DNA of 64,000 nucleotides from an uncultured Chloroflexia bacterium (lineage in GTDB: Bacteria > Chloroflexota > Anaerolineae > CG2-30-64-16), in NCBI GenBank assembly GCA_963774265.1, contig CAVZDU010000006.1:160001-224000 (forward strand), read 5' to 3'. The number at the start of each line of letters is the position of its first letter. Position 1 is the stretch's first letter. Below, piece by piece: positions 1 through 10,517 of the stretch. A model generated the notes under the pieces. It ran no database searches. It saw only the letters and a list, made by a program, of their open reading frames with translations, and had not been told where the DNA came from. A program made the translations under genes and the position numbers.

Positions 1-292
1 TGTGACGGGCGCGCCCTATACCGTGGAGGAGATCAGCCGGGCCGGTGAGCGGCTGTGGCAGCTCAAGCACGGCATCAACGTCCTGCTGGGCGCCACCGCG
101 GCCGACGACCGCCTGCCGCCGCGGCTGCTGGAACCGCTGGAGGATGGCCCAACCGCCGGGTCTGCGCCGGACATGGCGCTGATGCTCCCTGAGTTCTACG
201 CCCTGCGCGACCTGGACGCGGAGGGCCGGCCCTCGCGCGGCCGGCTGGAGAAGCTTGGGCTGAAGGATCTGGCCGACGCGCTCGGGGTGTAG
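1..292 (+). CDS. Aldehyde:ferredoxin oxidoreductase family, C-terminal end (partial)
   Basis: GERLWQLK...DDRLPPRLLEP...EFYALRDLDAEGRPSRGRLEKLGL matches the AOR-family C-terminal pattern; runs off the left edge. Confidence 0.8.
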   Translation, partial: VTGAPYTVEEISRAGERLWQLKHGINVLLGATAADDRLPPRLLEPLEDGPTAGSAPDMALMLPEFYALRDLDAEGRPSRGRLEKLGLKDLADALGV

Positions 293-317
293 ATAGCCGG
301 GGCGGAGGAGACACACG

Positions 318-491
318 GTGAATTACGGCTACTTCGATGATGCCGCGCGCGAGTATGTCATCGTCCGCCCCGACACGCCTGTCTCGTGGAGCAACTACTT
401 TGGTGACACCCGCTACGGCGCGGTGATCACCAACAACGCCGGCGGCTACGGCTTCTACCGGTCGGGCGCTCGCGGTAGTGTTGGGAAATAG
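318..491 (+). pseudogene. N-terminal remnant of a GH94 glycoside phosphorylase (cellobiose/chitobiose phosphorylase-like)
   Basis: GGAGG RBS then GTG. Translates to (M)NYGYFDDAAREYVIVRPDTPVSWSNYFGDTRYGAVITNNAGGYGFYRSG, the typical GH94 start, and stops after 57 codons. Not in the ORF track. Confidence 0.75.
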
Positions 492-508
492 TAACCCTGG
501 AGGAAATC

Positions 509-1294
509 ATGGCTGAATCGGAACCCATCATCAGTTTGACGGCAGATCGCACCCTGATCAAGCCCGGTGAGCCCGTGACCATTCGCTGGCATGTCGAAGG
601 CGTCAAGGAGGTCTACTTCTTCGCCCACGGCGAGGACTGGAAAGACCACGGCGTGGCAGGCGTGGCCGAACGCACGGTGAGCCCGTCCCAGACGACCACC
701 TACCGCCTGCTGGTAATCCGGCGCGATGACCAGCGTGAGACGCGCAGCATCGAAATTCACGTACGAGAACAGGCAAGGCTGCCGGTCGGCCAGATGTTCT
801 CAGTCGACACAACGACGGTGGAGCCCGGCGAATGCGCCACCTTCCGCTGGTATGTGGAAGGCGTCAAGGCGGTCTACTTCTTCGCTGAGGGCCAGAGTTG
901 GCCGAACCACGGCGTGGCAGGCGTGGCCGAGCAGAAGGTCTGCCCAGCGCAAACAACCACTTACCGTTTGCGGGTGGTCAGGGCCGACGACTCCATCGAG
1001 GAACACGAGATTACCGTCCAGGTCCGAGTCCTGGGTTGGGTCGGCAATCAGATCGTCGCGGTCGACCGGGTCCTGATCCGGCCCGGTGAATGCGTGACAT
1101 TCCGCTGGCGCGTGGAAGGGGTCAAGGCCGTCCACTTCCACGCCGAGAACGAACCCTGGCAGGAGCATGGCGTGGCTGGCGTCGCAGAACAGCAGGTCTG
1201 TCTGGACGCGACAACCACCTATTGCCTCCGGGTGGTCAAAGCCGATGATTCGCTGGAGATCCACTACATTACTGTGACGGTATCTCCGAGCTAG
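509..1294 (+). CDS. Protein made of three tandem ~85-aa beta-rich (Ig-like) repeats
   Basis: Three copies of PGE(C)xTxRWxVEGVKxVxF...W..HGVAGVAE..V....TTTY.L.V...DD; GGAGG RBS. Confidence 0.8.
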   Translation: MAESEPIISLTADRTLIKPGEPVTIRWHVEGVKEVYFFAHGEDWKDHGVAGVAERTVSPSQTTTYRLLVIRRDDQRETRSIEIHVREQARLPVGQMFSVDTTTVEPGECATFRWYVEGVKAVYFFAEGQSWPNHGVAGVAEQKVCPAQTTTYRLRVVRADDSIEEHEITVQVRVLGWVGNQIVAVDRVLIRPGECVTFRWRVEGVKAVHFHAENEPWQEHGVAGVAEQQVCLDATTTYCLRVVKADDSLEIHYITVTVSPS

Positions 1295-1301
1295 CGCGAG
1301 G

Positions 1302-1321
1302 GGGGGCGTGGTCACGCCCCC
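1302..1321. repeat. Short GC hairpin (terminator or REP-like) between convergent genes
   Basis: gggggcgtg-gt-cacgccccc. Confidence 0.5.
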
Positions 1322-1442
1322 TATCACCCTCCCGTCATACAAAGCCCGCGCACCGATAACCTTCTTCGTAGGTCAGGGCACCGTCAGGCGTCAGGGTCCC
1401 CCCCGTTCGCCTCTGCGCGGTGTGGGCCGGCGGAGCCTCTGC

Positions 1443-2073
1443 CTATCCCCGCGTCATGCCCAGTGAAGCCGGAAAACGCGCGCGCTCCCCGGTGATGACA
1501 AACAGCATGTGACGGTCTTCGACCAGTCGCAGACGCGCCGATCTCTGGCGCGGGCACCGCGTTGACATCCCACCAGCGCCTGATGAACCACTCCAGCCGA
1601 AAGACCCGATCCTCGCGCCAGAAATCCGGGTAGGGGTCGCGGAGTGTAATCAGCCCGCGCCGCCGATCGACGCGCGTCACGATGCTGTAGTGGCCGTAGT
1701 CGCCCTCATCGAAGTCTTCGTCTTCCTCACTCTCCTCAAACAATCCCTGCCACTCCACACCTGCCGGGCAGCGGTAGCGGCACACCACGGCGACCAGGTC
1801 CTCCGCGCTCGCCTGGTTCTTGTACCACAAACAGACGCCCGCGCGCAGCCAGGCCACCGCTTGGGCAAGCTGGTCAACACGGGCGCCATGCACTTCAATC
1901 GTCGCCGCCACGTCGGCCAATTCGGTCAGGCGTTCCTGGTTCGCGGCCACCCCGCGCTGGCCGAGCAGCATCTGCAACACCGCCGGGCCGCAGTGATACT
2001 CGGAAATCTGACGGATGCGAGGCAGCGCGAGCGGCTTACAGCCGCTGCTCAGGGGCATAGATTCGGCGGGCAT
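1443..2073 (-). CDS. C39-like papain-fold cysteine peptidase (frameshift near C-terminus)
   Basis: RQISEYHCGPA (Gln, catalytic Cys), GHYSIV (His), LRDPY (Asp); the other frame supplies ...VEDRHMLFVITGERARFPASLGMTRG*. Confidence 0.75.
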
Positions 2074-3129
2074 GTTTTGTCATCAGGCTGGCGAGTATTC
2101 TGGAGAATTTGACCCCGTGCAGGTGCAGCACTTCGGTCATCGGGAGGCCCGGGTCGGGGCCAAAGGCAGTGTTGGGGTTGGCGTCGGTGAAGTAGGGCGT
2201 ACCCGTCGCCGCGTCGATCCGCACGTCGAACTTGGCGTAGTCCCGGCAGCGCAGCACCTCAAAGGCGCGGCGCGCATACCAGGTCACGGCCTCGGCGACG
2301 GCGGGTTCGGCCGCGGTGTAGTGGTAGCAGTCCAGGTCGTCGTAGCTCTCGAAGCTGGTGAAGAGATACTTGCGGCTCTCGCTCTCCTTGAAGACCTTCT
2401 CGGCGCAGAAGATATGCACCTGCTCGCCGTCGTCAAACGCCACCACCGTGATCTCGGGTCCCTCGATAAACTGCTCGACGACCACCGGCATCTTGTAGGT
2501 GCCGATCAGCGCGTCGGCCTGCTCTTGAGCCTCCTCGTAGGTCTCCTTCACGGCCGCGTCGTCGATGCCGACGCTGCCGCCGCCCTCGTTGAGCTTCACG
2601 ATCAGGGGCAGGTCCAGGTCGTCGCGAATCCGCGTCCCGCGCCGGGTGACGAACTGGAAGGGCGGCGTCGGCACGTCGTTGGCGTCGAGCAGCTCCTTGA
2701 CCAGGTTGCGGTCGTTGCCGATCACCAGGCCCCGCATCCCGGCGCCGGTGTAGGGCACGCCGGCCAGCTCGAGCGCGCCGGGAATCGACACCTGCAGCGC
2801 ATCGCTCCCCCGCAGCGTGTCCACCAGGTTCAAGACGAGGTCGGGCTGGTCGACCAGCAGCTTCGCCATGAAATAGCGATCGGCCCGGTACGCCTTGGCT
2901 TTCACCCCCAGCTTCTTGAGGGCCGCAACGACATCCTTCGCGCGCTGCTCCACCTCCACCTCGGCCTGGTAGGCCTCCTGGGTCGGGAACCACTCGCTCT
3001 TGACGTGCGAGTACGCGACCGCCACCAGGCGCAGCTTCTTCAGGCGGCCTTGTCCACCGCGACGCGCGGCGACCGCTTGCCCTCCCGCGGCTTGCGCACC
3101 TTCTCGATCACCGTCACGTCCGTTGTCAT
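2036..3129 (-). CDS. D-Ala-D-Ala-ligase-like ATP-grasp enzyme (frameshift ~3043)
   Basis: GALELAGVPYTGAG, LIVKLNEGGGSVGI, VEQFIEGPEITV, RDYAKFDVR, TDANPN; N-terminus MTTDVTVIEK lies in another frame. Confidence 0.8.
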
Positions 3130-3308
3130 CACGCCCTGGCCATCCAGACCCGCTTCGGATGCCAGACCCTCACGTTTCAGAAACGCTGCGGCCTGTTTTC
3201 ACTTGAGGTGATCTTAACATAAGTTGAAGGGCTGCGCAACCGAGATGAACGTTTTAAGAGGCGGAAAATCTGCCTCACCTGTCTGTCGCAGCCCAGCCGG
3301 GCTGCCAT

Positions 3309-3337
3309 TTGACGCCCGCACCGCGCGGACCTATACT
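3309..3337 (+). promoter_or_regulatory. Sigma70-type promoter of the GRE operon
   Basis: TTGACG-N17-TATACT, 33 bp before the ATG at 3371; GAGGTG RBS. Confidence 0.7.
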
Positions 3338-3370
3338 GACACCGCACCGAATGTCACATTGAGGTGACGT

Positions 3371-4169
3371 ATGATCCACCCCCTGCTTGGATCCGCACCC
3401 GGTTTGCTCGCCGCGCTCGCCGGCGAGATGACGCCAAAGTTTGTCGCCACGCGCAGTTCGGACGGCGAACCGAACATCGTCCCCCTGATCTCCCTGCTCC
3501 CGGCGGACGACCAGGGTGATCTGCTCTTTTTCGGCAACTTCCTCCTGCGCAAGACCATCACCAATCTCGAAGCCGACCACCGCGTCGGCATCCTGGTCAT
3601 CACGCCCGAGCTGGTCGGGTGGCGGCTGCGTGGGGAGTTCCTGGAGTTCCGGCGAACAGGTCCCTACGTCGACAGACAGATGAGCAGCTCCCTCCTGCGC
3701 TATAACGCGTACACGGGCGTCCGCAACGCGGGGCTGATCCGCGTCACGCATGTCGACGGGAGCTTCAAAATCCCGAAACTGCGTGTGGTGAGCGATTACG
3801 CACTCGCCCGGCTCGCCGCAATGGGCCAGCCGAAAACCGATGGCCGCGTCCTGCCGCTCCCGGTGCGCAAGGAGTTCAGCCTGCTGCAAGCCGTGAAGGT
3901 GCTGGCATGGGTTGGAGCCGACGGACACCCGACTACGGCGCCAGCGCTTTCGCTGCAACCGGCCGGGGGTGCGCACATGACGGCTTGGCTCGATGCGGCG
4001 CTGCCCGCGCCGCCCCCGGGGCGCGCGCGTGGCAGGCAACGTCCTCACCTTCGACGCGGTGTCCTATCAGCTGAAGGGAACCTGGTCACAACACGGCCGG
4101 GCGGGCCTGTTAGCGGTTACCGAAGCATACGCCGGGGGACCGCCTAATCCGGGCGGCCGCGTCGCCTGA
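3371..4169 (+). CDS. Pyridoxamine 5'-phosphate oxidase-like (split-barrel) protein with two tandem domains (frameshift ~4020)
   Basis: KFVATRSSDGEPNIVP...KTITNLEADHRVGI; second domain KVLAWVGADGHP...VAGNVLTFDAVSYQLKG. Confidence 0.7.
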
Positions 4170-4187
4170 AGATAGGGAGGAAGCGCC

Positions 4188-6614
4188 ATGCCAGCATCTC
4201 TCGATCCCTGCGGGGGAGTGAGCGCCGCCCCTCTGGGGCTCACTCCGGGCGACATTTGGCAGCCTGCGGCCAGCCTCACCCCGCGCGTAAGCCGGCTACG
4301 CGACGAATACTGGTCGTTCTACCAACGCGAGGTCCGTAACGAGGCCCGCAGCTATACGACCGGCGCGGCGTGGGATACCGTCTACTCCATCTGGAGCTGG
4401 ACCAATGTCCCCGAGGTCGCGCTCTTTCAGAAAGGGTTCCGGTCCTACCTGCTTGCTGCGGCCACGCCGGTTGCGCTGCCACCCGGCTTCTGGAATGAAC
4501 CGCTGCCCGTGCGCCAGGCCCTCTTCTTCCGTGAGGTCGTCAGCCATCACCTGCCCACGCACATCTTCGACGGTGAGCTCGTGGTGGGCTCGCACTTCTC
4601 GACCGCACTGTCGCGCTGCCTGACCAGGCGTGAGGCGATTGAACGGGATCGACAGGAAGGGGCGTTCCTGAAAGAATGGCGGGTCTTGAACGAGCTGGGC
4701 GTGGGCAACTGCGCCGCCGTTCCCGGTCACCTCATCCCGGATTATCCCAAGGCGCTGCGCATCGGCTGGCAGGGCATCTGCGCCGAAGCGCAGGCCGTGC
4801 TGGAAGCGCGTGCCAGCACGCCGGAGCAGCGCGTGCTGGCACGCGCGATCGTGATCTCCTCGGACGCAGTCCGGCTGTACGGCGAGCGCTACGCGTTGGA
4901 GGCCGAACGGCGGGCAGCTGCGGAACCGGACGCGGGGCGTCGCGCGGAGCTCACGAAAATCGCGGCTACTTGCCGTAAAGTCCCCTGGCAGCCACCGGAA
5001 ACCTTCCCCGAGGCGCTGCAGGCGCTGTGGACCACACACCTACTGCTGATGGCTGCCGAGAGTTACCCCGGCCCCGGCGTCTCTCCTGGCCGGGTCGATC
5101 AATACCTCTATCCTTACTTCGCGGCCAGCATGAGCGCCGGAGGGTCGCGTGACACTCTCAAGGAGTGGCTCGAATGCTGGATGATCAAGCACAACTATGC
5201 CTATGACTACCAGGGATGGACGGGAACGAACCAGGGAATCAACTCCTCCTTCGGCCAGCTCATCACGCTTGGCGGCATGTTGGCCGATGGCAGCGATGCG
5301 TCCAACGACCTGACCTACCTATTCCTCGAGGCGATCGAGGAGCTCGCGTTACTGGAGCCGAAGCCCAATGTCCGGATGCACGCGGGCACGCCCGACCGTC
5401 TGCTGGCGCGCCTGGTCGAGATGCTGTCGCGCTCACAAGGTGCGCCGTTCCTGATCAACTTCGATGAAGCTTCGATGGCCGGTTTGCGCTGGGAGGGCAT
5501 CCCCGAGGAGAAATTGTGGGACTATGCGCCAGTCGGCTGCCTGGAGAACACGCTGCAGGGCTGCGACCGGTCGGGCACGGTCGATGTCAACCTGAATCTC
5601 GCCAAGGCGGTGGAGCTGGCGCTCAATGATGGCTGCGATCTGGCGACGGGCAGGCAGATCGGACCCAGAACCGGAGACCCACGTGCCTTCACCGCGTATG
5701 AGCAATTCGAAGGAGCCTTCAAGACCCAGCTAAACCACCTGCTCGAGTGGATGGTGCGGGTGAACAACCTGGCCGACGCAGGACGTGCCCGCTGGGAGCC
5801 TGTACCTTACCTGAGCGCGCTGGTGGATGGCTGTCTCGAAAGCGGCCAGGACGCCAACGCAGGCGGCGCTAAGTATAATTTCCTGACCATCGAAGGGATC
5901 GCCCTGGCGACCGTGGCCGACAGCCTCGCAGCGGTCAAGAAGCTCGTGTTTGAGGAGCGAAGCGTCTCGATGGCGCAACTGCTGGCGGCATTGGCCGCGA
6001 ACTTCGAGGGTCATGAGCCGCTGCGCCAGACGCTGCTGCACAAAGCGCCGAAGTACGGCAATGACGATCCTTACGCGGATGGAATTGCGGCGAACATCAG
6101 CCGGTTCTGGAACGAGGCGGCCTTCCGCCACGTGTCGTCCACCGGCAAGCGCTATCGGGCCGGCTATTTATCCTGGAACTACTGGATCGCCTACGCGCCT
6201 GCGACCGCAGCCACGCCCGATGGCCGGCGCCGGGGGCAGTATCTATCCAATGCAGTCTGCCCGGTCAACGGCGCGGACCGCCGCGGCCCGACGTCGGTGA
6301 TCAAGAGCGTGGGGCATCTCGGGTTGGCATCCGCGCCAAACGGGGCAAGTCACACCATGAGCTTCAGCCCCTCCCTCCTGCGCAGCCTTGAGGGCCAGCA
6401 GAAGCTGATGGGCCTCCTGCGCGCCTACGACCGCGTCGGCGGCACGTGTCTCCAGGTCAATGTGATCGATGCTGCCACGCTGCATGAGGCGCAGAAGCGG
6501 CCCGATGAGTATCGCAACCTGCTAGTCCGGGTGACGGGGTACAACGCGTACTTCACCGGCCTGGGCAAGGAAATCCAGGACGAGATCGTCGCGCGCGAGA
6601 GTCACCGGCTCTAG
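4188..6614 (+). CDS. Glycyl radical enzyme (PFL2/dehydratase-like), substrate unknown
   Basis: 808 aa; GHLIPDY, SPGRVDQYLYP, Cys loop VGCLEN, APKYGNDD, ATPDGR, Gly loop LLVRVTGYNAYF. Confidence 0.93.
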   Translation: MPASLDPCGGVSAAPLGLTPGDIWQPAASLTPRVSRLRDEYWSFYQREVRNEARSYTTGAAWDTVYSIWSWTNVPEVALFQKGFRSYLLAAATPVALPPGFWNEPLPVRQALFFREVVSHHLPTHIFDGELVVGSHFSTALSRCLTRREAIERDRQEGAFLKEWRVLNELGVGNCAAVPGHLIPDYPKALRIGWQGICAEAQAVLEARASTPEQRVLARAIVISSDAVRLYGERYALEAERRAAAEPDAGRRAELTKIAATCRKVPWQPPETFPEALQALWTTHLLLMAAESYPGPGVSPGRVDQYLYPYFAASMSAGGSRDTLKEWLECWMIKHNYAYDYQGWTGTNQGINSSFGQLITLGGMLADGSDASNDLTYLFLEAIEELALLEPKPNVRMHAGTPDRLLARLVEMLSRSQGAPFLINFDEASMAGLRWEGIPEEKLWDYAPVGCLENTLQGCDRSGTVDVNLNLAKAVELALNDGCDLATGRQIGPRTGDPRAFTAYEQFEGAFKTQLNHLLEWMVRVNNLADAGRARWEPVPYLSALVDGCLESGQDANAGGAKYNFLTIEGIALATVADSLAAVKKLVFEERSVSMAQLLAALAANFEGHEPLRQTLLHKAPKYGNDDPYADGIAANISRFWNEAAFRHVSSTGKRYRAGYLSWNYWIAYAPATAATPDGRRRGQYLSNAVCPVNGADRRGPTSVIKSVGHLGLASAPNGASHTMSFSPSLLRSLEGQQKLMGLLRAYDRVGGTCLQVNVIDAATLHEAQKRPDEYRNLLVRVTGYNAYFTGLGKEIQDEIVARESHRL

Positions 6615-6623
6615 CGACCTACC

Positions 6624-7530
6624 ATGCCGACCGCGACCACTTTCAACATCCAGGGCTTCTCAACGGAAGATGGCCCCGGCATTCGCACGACGGTCTTCTT
6701 CAAAGGGTGCGGCTTGCGTTGCGCGTGGTGCCACAACCCGGAAGGCCTCCGCGCCGGCCCGGACGTCGTCTGGCACGACGTCCGCTGCATCGCCGCGCGG
6801 GAGTGCCTGGCTGTCTGCCCCGAGGACTCGCTGCGACTGACGACCGAGGGGATGCAAATCGACCGCGGGCGGTGCACCGCGTGCGGCCGTTCGCGCGGAC
6901 GCTTGCCCCGCTGCCGCGCTCGAGGTCATCGGCCGGACCTGGACCGCGGATGAGCTTCTGGCCGAGGTGCTCAAAGACGCGGTCTTCTACGAAACCTCGG
7001 GCGGCGGCCTGACGTTGAGCGGGGGCGAGCCGATGCTACAGGCAGGGTTCCTTCGCGACTTTCTCCCGGCCTGCAAGGCTGCCGGTCTCCACGTCAGCCT
7101 GGACACTTGCGGCGCGGTCGCTTGGGAACAATATCAGTCCATCCTGCCCTTCGTAGACCTGGTTCTGCTGGATCTGAAGATCCTGGATTGCGACCGCCAC
7201 CGCGCGGCGACGGGTGTGTCAAACGAGTTGATCGTGGCAAATGCGCGGCACATCAGCCAGGCGGGCATGCCGATGTGGATCAGAACGCCCGTCATCCCCG
7301 GTTACACGGACGACCCGGACAACATCACGGCGATCGGCGGCTTCATCCGGGACGCGCTGCCCACCGTCGAACGCTGGGACCTGCTGGCCTACACCAACCT
7401 CGGCCGGCCGAAGTACCACCGGCTTGGGCTGCCTTACGCGCTCGAGGAGGCGCCACTGCCGACCGCAGCCGCGATGGCAGTATGCCATGCGCTCGGCCTG
7501 GCCATGACGCCTGTGGCGCGCTGGAAATAG
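6624..7530 (+). CDS. Glycyl radical activating enzyme (radical SAM) with ferredoxin insert (frameshift ~6892)
   Basis: DGPGIRTTVFFKGCGLRCAWCHNPE; CTACGR(C)ADACP; GGGLTLSGGEP; DTCG; LDLK. Confidence 0.92.
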
Positions 7531-7624
7531 AGCTACCGCAACACAATGTGGTCGTTCTTGGAAGGCGATGCGAGACCAGTTCTCAATAGGCTGCGCCTCA
7601 ACCAATGCGACCGCGACCGCCGGG

Positions 7625-8964
7625 TTACGCCACGCACAGCGTTTCGATGATATCGCGGGTGATTTTGATGGCCGTCACCAGGTTCTCGCCCGAGATGCGC
7701 TCGTCGACGCCATGCACACGGCCCAGGTCGGCTCGCTCCATGAGCACCGGCGCGAAGCCGTATGCCGCATAGCCGCGTTGGCGCCAGTAGCGGCCATCGG
7801 TGGCCCCGGGCACCAGCATCGGGAAGATGTCCGCGGCCGGCAGATGCCTGCGCACGCCGGCCGTGACCGCGTCGAAGAACGGCCCGTTTAGCGGCGCGCT
7901 CCCGACGGGGGCGAGCTCTCCGTCACCTCGACCGAGATCCGCTCATCGGCCAGACGCGCTTTCAGCCAGCCGCGAAATTCTTCGGCGTCGGTGTCCGGCA
8001 GCAGGCGGCAGTCGATCTCGGCCTCGGCGCGCTCCGGGATGACATTGACCTTATAGCCCGCGGCCAGCATCGTCAGGCTGACAGTGTCGCGCAGCATGGC
8101 GTTGAGCGACGCATCGGCCTGCAGCTGCCGGGCAGCCAGGCGCAGCGCCAGCGGGTTGTCCAACCGCGACAGCAGCGCCGAGGCGGGGAACTTCTGTGTG
8201 GCCGCGATGGTGCGGAACATCGTCGCCGTGATGGCGTTGACGCGCAGCGGCCGCGGCGTCGCCAACACCCGTTCCAACGCGTGCAGCAGCGTTACGTTGG
8301 CGTTATCGCTGTGCGGCATCGAAGCATGACCGGGCTTGCCCTGTGCGATCAGCTTCAGTTGTTGGATCTGCTTCTCGGCCACGGTCAGGCCGAACATGAC
8401 ACCCGGCCCAAACATATCCTTGAACCCGCCGCCGCCCTCATCCCACACCCATTCGGGGTCAAGATTGGCCCCATGTTGCTCGACAAGCCAGCGCATACCG
8501 TGCGTGCCGCCCGTCTCCTCGTCGGGCACGGCCGAGAAAACGATCGGTCGCCGGAAGCGAGCGCCCGCCCTGACAAGCGACTCCAGGCTGAGCAGGAAGA
8601 TGACGCCCAGGTTCTTGGTGTCTAGCGTGCCGCGGCCCCACACGAAGCCGTCCGTGATGGCGCCGCCGAACGGTGGGTGCGTCCAGGCGGCCGGGTCGGC
8701 GGCGACCACGTCCATATGGTGGTTCACCAGTAACGGCTTGAGCGCCGCGCTGCCGGGGATGCGCGCCAGCACCAGTCCGCGGCCGGTCACTGGTTCGTGC
8801 ACGGTAACGTCATGCGTGATACCGCGGGTGCGCAGTTGATCGGCCAGCCAGTGCGCCGCGTTCAGCTCGTCGCCCGGCGGGTTAGTGGTGTTGAATTGAA
8901 CGTAGCGGCTCAGGGTCGCCATTGCATCGCGGGCGATGGAGTCCCAGTCTGGGGTGGGTGTCAT
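7625..8964 (-). CDS. M20/M25/M40 metallopeptidase/deacylase (frameshift ~7900)
   Basis: HHMDVV, GRGTLDTK, PDEE, GHASMP, KVNVIP, GATD, HGVDERI. Confidence 0.88.
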
Positions 8965-8971
8965 GGCACTA

Positions 8972-9409
8972 TTACTCCTCAGGATGTTGCGTGAAAAGAT
9001 CACGCACCAGCAGCGCCCCACCCACGCCGAGTGCGATCACGGCCCCATCATAGATCGCCAGCAAGGCCACCACCAGAACCCAGGGCAATCCTGCCGCCGG
9101 CGTCGCGCCGGATGCGAGGCCCGTGACGACGGCCAGGCCCTGGCTGAGGATGAGGGAAGCCACGGCCACTGCGAAGCTCCACCCGATGTAGCGTCTGCGC
9201 CGGTCGGCGCGCCGCGCGGCGTAGGTGAGCAGCCCACCACCAACGATGATGAGGGGAAACAGTTCGCCGGGGATCAGGTAATCCATTCTGAAAGAACCCG
9301 CACGACTGGACCCTATCGCCGACGTCACCAGCATCAGGGCGATGGGCGACAATACGGCGATCGTTCCGAGCAGGGCGAGGACGCGCGTGAGAGGGCTTCG
9401 CTGGTTCAC
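8972..9409 (-). CDS. Hypothetical membrane protein (about 4 TM)
   Basis: Hydrophobic segments, MDYLIPGELFP motif; GGAGG RBS before GTG at 9409. Confidence 0.65.
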   Translation of the reverse strand: MNQRSPLTRVLALLGTIAVLSPIALMLVTSAIGSSRAGSFRMDYLIPGELFPLIIVGGGLLTYAARRADRRRRYIGWSFAVAVASLILSQGLAVVTGLASGATPAAGLPWVLVVALLAIYDGAVIALGVGGALLVRDLFTQHPEE

Positions 9410-9630
9410 TGTCCACCTCCGCAAGCCAGTATAGTCGAGTTTGTCCAACCTCTCAAGCAGATCGCGATTCATCTCGACACCCCTGGCGTGAGCGCCGTGA
9501 CGGCGCACATCGCAGCGGCCAACAAACCGGTGGTCGGCCTGGGCGAGGGCGGCTACGCCTACTGATGTGCCGCCGGTGCACCTGCCCGAGACCAAGCGCT
9601 GGATGGAGCGCGATGGCAGATTCGACAACT

Positions 9631-9685
9631 CCATTGAACCGGGTTGGGGCCGCGACCGCCCGCCGTAACCCGTTTCAACGGGGTT
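9631..9685. repeat. REP-like imperfect inverted repeat
   Basis: ccattgaaccgggtt ... aacccgtttcaacgggg. Confidence 0.5.
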
Positions 9686-9736
9686 TGGCATGCCAGATGC
9701 CGGATCGCGCAGAGAAGGGTGACTGTGTAGTGGACG

Positions 9737-10517
9737 CTACCGGCTCTGGTCGGCGGTCTTCCACCACAGATATGTCCCGATCATCCCTGCCAGTCCGGTC
9801 AGAACGGCAATCGGAATAGCTGATCGGCGCCAGGTGGCCTTTGCCCTGGCTATAGAGGCCCGGAACGGCCCAGGGGAAGTAGGCGCCCCACCCGATGACC
9901 ACCACCAGATTCGCCATGATCAGGGCGAGAATGGCGACGCCGATGGGCAGCAGGTAGCCCCGTCCCACGCTGGCGAAAAACGCAAAAGGCATGACGACTA
10001 CGATCGTCAGGCCGGCCGTCGCCGCCACCAGCGCGCTGCCTTGCAGCAGGACGCCAGGCGCGCCCTGCGGGAGCCCGATGAGCGCGCCTGTCACAAGAGA
10101 GGCGATCAACATCACGGCGGCGAGCGCGGCAGACCAGATGCCGGCCACGATGAATTTGGCCAGGAGGATGCTTGCGCGCTGGACCGGCACGGCAAGCATG
10201 TCTTTCAGCGTGCCATCGGAGAATTCGCGGCCGAACACCCAGGAGATGATGAAGCAGAAGACAAAGAACCCGCCGGCAGCGACTATCTGGGCCGTCAATC
10301 CGAGGTAGCCTGGCCAGCTGGTCGTCGCATAGGCCACCAGGTTGGCCTTGGCGCTGACCAGGCCCAGCTTTCGGGAAATCTCGGGGTTCGTCGCGAGGAA
10401 GATCAAGAAGGCGATGCCCAGGGGCATGAACAGCGACCCCACGACCGTAAACACAGGCATCCTGGAGCGCAGCGCTTTGCGCATCTCGATCCAGATCATG
10501 TTTGAGAGATCGTTCAT
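9737..10517 (-). CDS. ABC-2 type permease (bacitracin/lantibiotic resistance-like; frameshift ~9815)
   Basis: WVFGREFSDGTLKDMLAVPV, YFPWAVP, multiple TM; corrected end ...YLWWKTADQSR*. Confidence 0.82.

Noticed and set aside
2036-3129. Vancomycin-resistance ligase or graspetide synthetase
   Set aside because: No vanH, vanX or vanRS genes and no precursor peptide visible
2015-3211. Long antisense or alternate-frame ORFs (also 11693-12949, 15783-16835, 42141-43760, 49861-51345)
   Set aside because: Shadows of real genes in GC-rich DNA with no recognisable motifs
4188-6614. Calling the GRE pflB, cutC or glycerol dehydratase
   Set aside because: No Cys-Cys pair and no diagnostic neighbourhood; substrate residues cannot be assigned by eye
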